A DNA stretch of 64,000 nt, taken from Parcubacteria group bacterium Gr01-1014_13. Lineage in GTDB: Bacteria; Patescibacteriota; Patescibacteriia; Magasanikbacterales; GWA2-37-8. Location of the stretch: assembly GCA_007376295.1 (NCBI GenBank), contig VMGB01000003.1, forward strand, positions 7,106 to 71,105. The letters are read 5' to 3'. The translations under genes were made by a program, and so were the position numbers. The first letter of the stretch is position 1. Each line of letters starts with the position of its first letter. Shown here piece after piece: positions 9,050 through 16,450 of this stretch. The notes beneath the pieces were generated by a model that did no database searches, was not told the origin of the DNA, and saw only the letters and a list, made by a program, of their open reading frames with translations.

Positions 9050-9160
9050 AGGAATAAAACAGACAAAACTTGGGATGGCCTATGTCACGGCAGTCGATTT
9101 AATAAAGACGGAAGCGTGTTAAATGGCCCGGCAAAAAAACCTTTACGACCTATCCCTTAG
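9050..9160 (+). pseudogene. Remnant of a Rieske [2Fe-2S] domain C-terminus
   Basis: In-frame RNKTDKTWDGLCHGSRFNKDGSVLNGPAKKPLRPIP*, matching the Rieske box-2 consensus WDCPCHGSRF...G.VL.GPA..PL. No start codon, and the first Cys is lost. Confidence 0.7.
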
Positions 9161-9464
9161 ATTTATTTCGTTTACTGAGAATCCACTGAACTGATTTGCT
9201 TATTGGTTTGTCTGTGCGGTGAATACAACCGAGCCAGCAACATGGGCGTCGCATACCTTCCTTAAGTTCTGAAACGACCCTACTCACATGCTCTTTCCTC
9301 GTCTCTGGTTTCTTATTGGAAATAGTCCAACAAATCCACTCGTTGCGGGCGAGCGGCGTAATATCTTCCCAGGCCGCTAGTGCTTTACGATCAGAAGTTA
9401 GAGCTTTGCGTAAATCAGGCGGCAGATTATGTACTGCACCTCCGGAGATTTCTATTTTAGACAT
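9150..9464 (-). CDS. YdeI/OmpD-associated family protein
   Basis: LPPDLRKAL...WEDITPLARNEWICW...KPETR...RRPCCWLGCIHR. Confidence 0.85.
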   Translation of the reverse strand: MSKIEISGGAVHNLPPDLRKALTSDRKALAAWEDITPLARNEWICWTISNKKPETRKEHVSRVVSELKEGMRRPCCWLGCIHRTDKPISKSVQWILSKRNKSKG

Positions 9465-9498
9465 AATGTCTGCTATTAATTTTTTCTACCAAATTTAT

Positions 9499-9927
9499 CT
9501 AATTATTTATTACTTCACCTGTTTTAACAACACCTGGTTCGGCCCGAAAAACTGTTCCATCCTTATTGGTCCGGTAGGCATATTGTTTGCCATCTACTGC
9601 CAAAAGAACACGAAAGCCGGAAACAAGCGCCTCCGTACACATTTCACCACGTTGTTCGAGGCCAAGGCAGCCATTGTTCCACATCTTCTCTGCAACCTCA
9701 AGAATAACAATTTTTTTCTCTTCGACACCAAGCCGCATGGCTAAATCTTTTCGTACTACGAGCGCTGCTGGCTCAATAGGAAGATCTGGGTTTCCGGATT
9801 GTAAATTATCGCCTGGGGTAACCGTATTATTGGTATCATTATTGTTAGACTTAGTGACGACTGTAAATACAACGTAACCTATACCCAATACAACTAATAA
9901 TACGATAAATAAGATTTTAAATTTCAT
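9499..9927 (-). CDS. Membrane-anchored hypothetical protein with WxxGCLG...CTxAxVxG motif
   Basis: N-terminal TM; WNNGCLGLEQRGEMCTEALVSGFRV...YAYRTN. Confidence 0.7.
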   Translation of the reverse strand: MKFKILFIVLLVVLGIGYVVFTVVTKSNNNDTNNTVTPGDNLQSGNPDLPIEPAALVVRKDLAMRLGVEEKKIVILEVAEKMWNNGCLGLEQRGEMCTEALVSGFRVLLAVDGKQYAYRTNKDGTVFRAEPGVVKTGEVINN

Positions 9928-10068
9928 ATAAATTAAATAATTTCTTTATATATATATATTCTATCTTACAACTTTTTAATAAAAAAGCAAATTTAAAAAA
10001 ACCTTCCTTAAGAAGGGAATTTAATTACTTAGATGCTTGGTAGAGATATTCGAGACAACATTCCCTTC

Positions 10069-10563
10069 TTAATCAGTAATAAAATTAGTCAAGGGTAGTT
10101 CTTTCTTAATCTTTTCTAGATCCTGCCTAGAGTAATTATTGCCCGAAAGATTCATTGTCTTTAATTTTTTTAAATTGCCAAGCTCGTAGGGCAATCCGGT
10201 AAGTTGGTTATTGGAAACATCAAGAATTTCTAAATCCGTAAGCTGGCCCAATTCGGCTGGCAACCCGGTCATTCTGTTATTTTTAAGATTGAGTACTTTT
10301 AATTTTCTAAGCTTTCTTATCTCAGCCGGCAATGCTCCCGTTAAATTATTACCGGATAAATCCAATTCCGTAATGTTTGTATTATCAAAAATTTCCATTG
10401 GGACGCGGTTTAGATTCTTATTGCTAAGATCAACCTTATTTAGATTATTATTCTCAATAATTCTGGCTGGATTAGGAAAGCCTGATTCTTCGGACTTATT
10501 AAGACAACCTGCGCCAATCACAAGTAGCGTCAAAGGGAGTAGTAGGATTAATTTTAATTTCAT
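10069..10563 (-). CDS. Leucine-rich-repeat lipoprotein
   Basis: IGAGC lipobox; repeated LxxLxLxxNxLxxLPxExxxL units. Confidence 0.88.
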   Translation of the reverse strand: MKLKLILLLPLTLLVIGAGCLNKSEESGFPNPARIIENNNLNKVDLSNKNLNRVPMEIFDNTNITELDLSGNNLTGALPAEIRKLRKLKVLNLKNNRMTGLPAELGQLTDLEILDVSNNQLTGLPYELGNLKKLKTMNLSGNNYSRQDLEKIKKELPLTNFITD

Positions 10564-10796
10564 ATAAATCATTTACTTTCTTATTTTTGTACAATACAGC
10601 TATTAAAAAGCAAAGTCAATGTCTATAATATTTCCAATCTAAACCAACAAAAGCGCCGCATGAATTGGGTGGAAAACTTAGATGTGTATATTGACAAAAA
10701 TACCCCTTAATGATAGTATCCTCTGTTCCATCTCTGTTTACTTTTTGTGAAACAAAATTATACAAGGGATGGATCAAACACAACACGGAGGTGTCT

Positions 10797-11474
10797 ATGG
10801 TGAAAATCGTTCTTTTTTCTTTGCTGATTATTTTTCTTGTAATCGTCGCACTCTTCACAGCCTTAATCCTATACGCATATGTTAAGGATAAGACTAAAAA
10901 AAGAAGCGGCCGTACAGAAAATTCAATGTCCGGCACGACTTATAACGCCATTGAGCTGAACGCTGCTATCGAAACGATGCTTGATGAAAAAGCCGATTTA
11001 ACAAAAAGGCTGGAGGGTGCAAAGGTTATAATAAACTATGGCCATTCTCTAAATTCTCAAGGGTTTCTATCGGTAGAAGCTTCATTCAATTCTGGTAAAA
11101 AAGGGCCTCCCACGACCGGCTTCAGTCCAGGACACGGCAATGTAACGATCTCATCTAACTCAAACAAAGATCGCTCTGAGCCGTTCTCCAGCACGACTAA
11201 AGAACGAGTGGGAAAATATAGGATCTGGAAACTAAAAGATGGCATTTTAATGTTTCATGGATTCTGGGCATCAAACACTGTTACGCGCGCAGACAAGTCG
11301 CTTACGCCAGAATATGAACTGAGATACGATACCAAGACACTCGCCCTTATCTCACTCACTTTTAATGAGGTCGATGAAGAGCGCGGCCGTTCGTTCCTTG
11401 GCGTCCTGCAAATTTCCCGAACAAACAGACACCATCTTCTTGGAGAAAAAATGGGCACCGTAGAATATTTATAG
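10797..11474 (+). CDS. Hypothetical protein with N-terminal TM anchor
   Basis: GGAGGTG RBS before MVKIVLF; one TM helix followed by a soluble domain. Confidence 0.6.
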   Translation: MVKIVLFSLLIIFLVIVALFTALILYAYVKDKTKKRSGRTENSMSGTTYNAIELNAAIETMLDEKADLTKRLEGAKVIINYGHSLNSQGFLSVEASFNSGKKGPPTTGFSPGHGNVTISSNSNKDRSEPFSSTTKERVGKYRIWKLKDGILMFHGFWASNTVTRADKSLTPEYELRYDTKTLALISLTFNEVDEERGRSFLGVLQISRTNRHHLLGEKMGTVEYL

Positions 11475-11533
11475 CCAGCACATAAAAAGTAAGTCTTTCG
11501 ACGCTATACATTAAGTAGCGGCCAAAAAAATTA

Positions 11534-11628
11534 CACCCGAGCCGCTTACACAGCTTAATAAATAATTTGTTACGCTGTGTAAGCTCGGGTGAATAAAAAT
11601 ACTCCGGTTTTTGCCCGGAGTATTTTAT
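11534..11628. other. Long imperfect hairpin followed by a bidirectional terminator
   Basis: CACCCGAG-ccg-CTTACACAGC...GCTGTGTAAG-CTCGGGTG (11534-11591), then AAAATACTCCGG...CCGGAGTATTTT. Confidence 0.55.
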
Positions 11629-11702
11629 TTGTAGGGTTAATCGAGACACTTGGCAAACTTTTTAAATTGCCATATACTAATCCTATCTTTGACAATTCAC
11701 TT

Positions 11703-11738
11703 TAGCAGCAGGTTGGGGTTCGAATCCCTTAGGAATCA
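11703..11738 (+). pseudogene. 3'-half tRNA remnant (resembles tRNA-Arg)
   Basis: TAGCAGC-AGGTT-GGGGTTCGAATCCCTT-AGGAATCA corresponds to anticodon 3' strand, variable loop, T-arm and acceptor 3' strand. The 5' half is absent. Confidence 0.5.
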
Positions 11739-11908
11739 ATAATAAAATAAATTTAAATACCACCATCCCTCACTCTTCTACTACTTATAAACAAAATAGT
11801 ATGAAAATAATCAGAATTAAACCCACAACATTATTTAAATTGAAAATTGTTATCATTATGGCAAACCTGCTGGTGACCTGAGTTGTGAAAAACATACTTC
11901 TCCAAAAC

Positions 11909-12520
11909 TTATTCAAACAAGAAAGGCAGCGCAATAATGGTGGTATCGCTGTATAAAATATTTAAATAAATAGTTTGCCCTAAAATTGGTGTTGGACCAA
12001 CTTTGATAGATACTTGCTTTATCCAGCAGCCGGCCTTTATTTGATTGGCCTCTATCTGTTTTATTATTTTTTCTGACTTCTTTCCAGGGTCTTCAGGCAT
12101 TTGCAGAGGGCAATCTCTAAGAATCTCAATGAGTTTCTGAGCAAAATTTCTCCAAAAACTAATATTATCAAAACTATCTGTTTGAATACCAGCACTGCTT
12201 AATAATTTTTTTATTTCCTGTCTCAGTTCTTTAAAAGAGATTACTGCTGAAACCAATGCAATTATCAAATTAGTATTACCGTAATCTTTAGTTGTGACTA
12301 TCAAATCATTAAGTCTTTTTAAAATTTCCAAAGCAGGGGTCCTATCCATATCAGTATGAACAGACCAATTACAAAAAAAATCTAAAAGTTGAAAGTTTTC
12401 AGCCTTAGTTTTATCAATTAACTTTCTCATCAAAACCATTAAGTGAGCTACCTGACTTTCAGTGAGAGTTTTATCAGACGCTATAATTTCCTTAATTTTA
12501 CGGATAATTTCATCCTCCAT
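11909..12520 (-). CDS. Hypothetical helical protein (third gene of candidate defence operon)
   Basis: 203-aa ORF 12 nt downstream of the 981-aa gene; ESQVAHLMVLMRKL...FFCNWSVH motif. Confidence 0.65.
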   Translation of the reverse strand: MEDEIIRKIKEIIASDKTLTESQVAHLMVLMRKLIDKTKAENFQLLDFFCNWSVHTDMDRTPALEILKRLNDLIVTTKDYGNTNLIIALVSAVISFKELRQEIKKLLSSAGIQTDSFDNISFWRNFAQKLIEILRDCPLQMPEDPGKKSEKIIKQIEANQIKAGCWIKQVSIKVGPTPILGQTIYLNILYSDTTIIALPFLFE

Positions 12521-12532
12521 ATCTTTAATGCT

Positions 12533-15478
12533 TTAGTGAACCACTTCTTTCAACTGCCAGAACGTACTACTCCCCTTTTCAATGAGGATGTTTATTAATT
12601 TAACCACTTTTTCCTGAACAACCTTATTACCATTTTTATATATTACACTAAGAGCCTCTTTAATCTGACCATCATACAAAAGCGGCCCTCGATGACGGAA
12701 TGAATTTAATTTATTATCAGAATCAAGCAGATAATACCAAATAACTTCCAAGCATTTTTCTGGATTCTTTTCAGCAAGATAAGGGAGGCGTTTTAACAAA
12801 CCATAATCCCAATCAATGTCGCCACCAGATTTTTTTAGCGTATCGGCCATTTTTTCAACAACTATACTGTCATCTATAATCTCTCTGTCGGGATTAATCC
12901 AAAAACCAAAACCAGAAAATATTCCAGACTCTTTTATATTATCTATAACCCAACTCCAAAAATTAATAAGTTTTTCTTTACTAACATGATTTTCCTCCAA
13001 CCACTTATCACTAGCTACATCTTTAGTTAAACAACTACGACCTATGAAAGACACAAACTCCTGCTGACGAGTTATATTAATTTTTTTCCAAAAAGCGCTG
13101 ATTAAAGGATTATCTATTCCTATATTAAAATGAGCAAAAGCAAGAGCGAGATGAATTGCTAGGGTTTCATCTAAACCTTTCACATACTTCCTTTGTGTAT
13201 ATACTTCAGGGTCTAGTCCGATTGCATATTGATAATAATCTTTAAGCGCTATAAAAAGTTGCTCATATAAAGTACTGGATAAATAACCTTCCCAAGTCGC
13301 AAGATAAATATCTTTTTTAGTACGGTCGTCTTTAGGAAAAATTTCAGGAAATAGACCAGCTATAAACTCCTGATCCCGGAAATGAAATGAGGCTAGATAT
13401 CGGCCTAACATAAAACGAACTGCTAAAGAATTATCCTGAAGAACCTGCTTGTAAAGCAATTTAATATCATCCAACAATACTTTTCCATCATTCTCAACAA
13501 ACACTACAAATGCTTCACAGGCCCTGCCACGGACTGAATTAATAGCTATGTGATATAATTCGCCATATTCTGGTTTCTCATCATCTACTGAAGGACTATC
13601 TTTAATAGTGAAAAGATAAGAAATTAAATCTTTACTTTGTTGTCTATAAATTTCATGGACTTCTTTTCTTGTTTCTTTGCTTTCTAAAGTAAAGAGCAGG
13701 ATATCTGCCACAATAGTGTGTAACCCTACCCAATCTACCAACAAAAATCTATCATCTTTTTTATCTTTATTTTTCCTAAAGGGCTTTAGTTCCCCATCTT
13801 TTCTAATCACATCAAACAAGCTAATGAGCTGGCCTATTTGTTTTAAATTTAACGATTGTTTATTACGCAACATTTCTTCGATACCACGCAAAATAGAATA
13901 TAAATAATGTGGGTGAATAGACTCCCTGCCATAAAACCCTTTTATACTTTCGAGATAATCATTTGGCCGTTTCTTTATATCTTCTCTTAAAGCATCCCCT
14001 AGGCCTTCTACTCCTCGTGGATTTAAGAAGTCATCGTTCTTAAACTCTTCCTCAAATTTTTCTGCAGTCCAATCAGACTTTAATTTAGTAATAATTTTAT
14101 CAATAGTAAAATCAGCAATATTTACCGGAGATGTATGATGTACCCACCCACCTCTTGCTTTACCAACTGTCGGTTCAGGAATATAGTTTGTACTATCAAT
14201 GTCGACATGAAATTTATCTTTTATAACGCTCTTATTCTCTGGTGTCAGCCACTCTTTGATTAAACTAAGAATTTGTTTACCATCACGTTTTCTCCATTTT
14301 TCTACATCCTTATCTTCAAGACTGCCGCCAAAGTAACCAAAGATGCTATTAATATATTTTTGCTGAGTTTCTTTATCAAAGAATTTAAAGCTTCGTTTTA
14401 GTGATTGATGATACTCGGCCCCACCTTCAATTTCAGAATATGTTTCACCAACTTCAAATACCTTAAAGAATGCTTTCTTTAATTCTTCTTTAAAAACATT
14501 AGGACACTGAGATAAGGCAAAGAGTTTCAGCCTCCACATTGAACGAGACGAAGGCAAATTATTGATATACTCAAAAAATCTTCTAGCCGTGCTCTCATTT
14601 TCACAGTTTTTACCAACTGTTCTTTCAACAATTTTTTTAATTGAGGCCGCAAGGTTTTTTATATCCTCTCTAAAGGAAGCGCTTCTCTTACCGCTAAGCT
14701 CTAAAGTAAAAAAATCTACATCATATAAAGTAAATGAGTCGGAATATTCAAATATTTTTGTCTCGTCGTGGTCTGATAGTTTAACCATACTAGCCATTAC
14801 ATCAGTGGTGAGTTGCAAAGATCGCTCAACGTACTCCTCTTCTATATTGGCTAAAGCCTCAAAAATACCAGAGGCATCCAAATCACTTACATAGAAAGGA
14901 TCGTCTTTACTAAAACTATCTTTGGCAGAAACTTCCTCTTTACTTTTAACTAAAAGTAAAGCTTGGGCCAACTCTAACAAGGCCTGGCCTTCTTTTTTTT
15001 CTACTAAACTACTAACAACTTTTTCAAACTCATAACCAGTCTTACGGAAGGCACGCATTAAATAAATCCACCTCTCATCTCTCACTTTTGATGTAAGAGA
15101 TTTTATCTGCTCTGCTGGGAGGATGTATAAAATCCAAAAAAACCTATCAATAACCTCCGGGTTAAAATTTTCTTCGCTAATTTCCACTGATTTAATAACT
15201 TGAGCAACTCCATCAGGATCTTTTGCGGCAATTCGAGCCAAATACTCGAGCTCCGGCATTGTATAAAAAATCTGAGTAGTATTAACAGCTCTTTTCTTTA
15301 AACCATTAAAAAACCCTTCTTTCCAAAACCACTTGATCCAGAATTCATCAGCCATTGAAAAAAAGAATCTTTTAGCATCCTCATTTAACAAAAGATCCTG
15401 CCCAACTTTAACATTAGCAGATTCTAATCCTGCTTTAAAAAACGCCTCTATTTTATTATGTAATTCAAGCTGGTTCAT
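12533..15478 (-). CDS. Large alpha-solenoid-like hypothetical protein (candidate phage sensor)
   Basis: 981 aa, predicted all-helical, no Walker A seen; start overlaps upstream stop (ATGA). Confidence 0.7.
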   Translation of the reverse strand: MNQLELHNKIEAFFKAGLESANVKVGQDLLLNEDAKRFFFSMADEFWIKWFWKEGFFNGLKKRAVNTTQIFYTMPELEYLARIAAKDPDGVAQVIKSVEISEENFNPEVIDRFFWILYILPAEQIKSLTSKVRDERWIYLMRAFRKTGYEFEKVVSSLVEKKEGQALLELAQALLLVKSKEEVSAKDSFSKDDPFYVSDLDASGIFEALANIEEEYVERSLQLTTDVMASMVKLSDHDETKIFEYSDSFTLYDVDFFTLELSGKRSASFREDIKNLAASIKKIVERTVGKNCENESTARRFFEYINNLPSSRSMWRLKLFALSQCPNVFKEELKKAFFKVFEVGETYSEIEGGAEYHQSLKRSFKFFDKETQQKYINSIFGYFGGSLEDKDVEKWRKRDGKQILSLIKEWLTPENKSVIKDKFHVDIDSTNYIPEPTVGKARGGWVHHTSPVNIADFTIDKIITKLKSDWTAEKFEEEFKNDDFLNPRGVEGLGDALREDIKKRPNDYLESIKGFYGRESIHPHYLYSILRGIEEMLRNKQSLNLKQIGQLISLFDVIRKDGELKPFRKNKDKKDDRFLLVDWVGLHTIVADILLFTLESKETRKEVHEIYRQQSKDLISYLFTIKDSPSVDDEKPEYGELYHIAINSVRGRACEAFVVFVENDGKVLLDDIKLLYKQVLQDNSLAVRFMLGRYLASFHFRDQEFIAGLFPEIFPKDDRTKKDIYLATWEGYLSSTLYEQLFIALKDYYQYAIGLDPEVYTQRKYVKGLDETLAIHLALAFAHFNIGIDNPLISAFWKKINITRQQEFVSFIGRSCLTKDVASDKWLEENHVSKEKLINFWSWVIDNIKESGIFSGFGFWINPDREIIDDSIVVEKMADTLKKSGGDIDWDYGLLKRLPYLAEKNPEKCLEVIWYYLLDSDNKLNSFRHRGPLLYDGQIKEALSVIYKNGNKVVQEKVVKLINILIEKGSSTFWQLKEVVH

Positions 15479-16263
15479 ACACTAGGAATATTCTCAATAA
15501 TCTTTTTCATGTCAATAAAAAAACTTCCAAACACCCTCTTGAAGCTTTCGACGCTTAGGCATTTCTCATTTTCACATGTCGGATCTTCAAGCTGTCTAAA
15601 TCCGTTTGTAATTGCCGCTTGCTGATGGTGTGTAACACCGGTAAAAAATTGATAGTATTTTTTAATTTTAGAACATGATAATTCTATTGTTTCAAAAAGC
15701 TCTACTGTTATTGCGCCTTTTTTAAAAAGATCTTTCAATGTTTTACCGAAATCATCTTCGTTGGCAGAAAATATTGAAAGCATTTCTCGAATAGAGGAGG
15801 CTGCATGCTCTCTCCACTCCTCATTATAATTTTCAGACCCAAATGCAAATACTGCCCCACGTAAATGACGGCGGTGGTCATTTGTCACACCTTTCGCTGG
15901 ATAGCTCTCTGGACGTAATCCATCCAACTTTAATCTAGATAAGTTATAAACTAAAAGACTTATTTTATTTATATCTTCTTCTGATATCCCCAACTGTTTG
16001 AATCCAACCTCATAAAAATTAACTATTTTTTCCTGCACTTCATTTCCTTCTAACAAATCATTGGAATTACCAATGCCAGGAGAACTAAAGTAATAGTTAA
16101 CAATTTTATCTCTACCAACGTTTTCACCAGACGATCCAGCAACATAAGAATTTTGTTCTTTTTTAGAAAAACGAAAAATAACCTTGCTGATCAACTCTTT
16201 ACCGCCAAATAAAGCAAGGATGGCTAGTAAAATCTTTAAAATCGTATCTATTACATCAGACAT
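15475..16263 (-). CDS. Hypothetical protein with N-terminal TM and HEPN-like C-terminal domain
   Basis: Hydrophobic N-terminus, then RHLRGA...HAASSIREML...FFTGVTHH. Confidence 0.6.
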   Translation of the reverse strand: MSDVIDTILKILLAILALFGGKELISKVIFRFSKKEQNSYVAGSSGENVGRDKIVNYYFSSPGIGNSNDLLEGNEVQEKIVNFYEVGFKQLGISEEDINKISLLVYNLSRLKLDGLRPESYPAKGVTNDHRRHLRGAVFAFGSENYNEEWREHAASSIREMLSIFSANEDDFGKTLKDLFKKGAITVELFETIELSCSKIKKYYQFFTGVTHHQQAAITNGFRQLEDPTCENEKCLSVESFKRVFGSFFIDMKKIIENIPSV

Positions 16264-16450
16264 AATTCTGGTTAGGGTCGTTGAAACCACCGGGCAATAG
16301 TGAATATGGTCGCTAGACTACTGATTATATTTATAACTAATTGATTCATAGTTACTTAAGCTTAACTTAACCATAAAATATCTGCAAGCAAATTAAAACA
16401 CCCACCAAAGCCGAAGCTAAGATGGGTGCGTGGTCTAATATAAAAAATTA

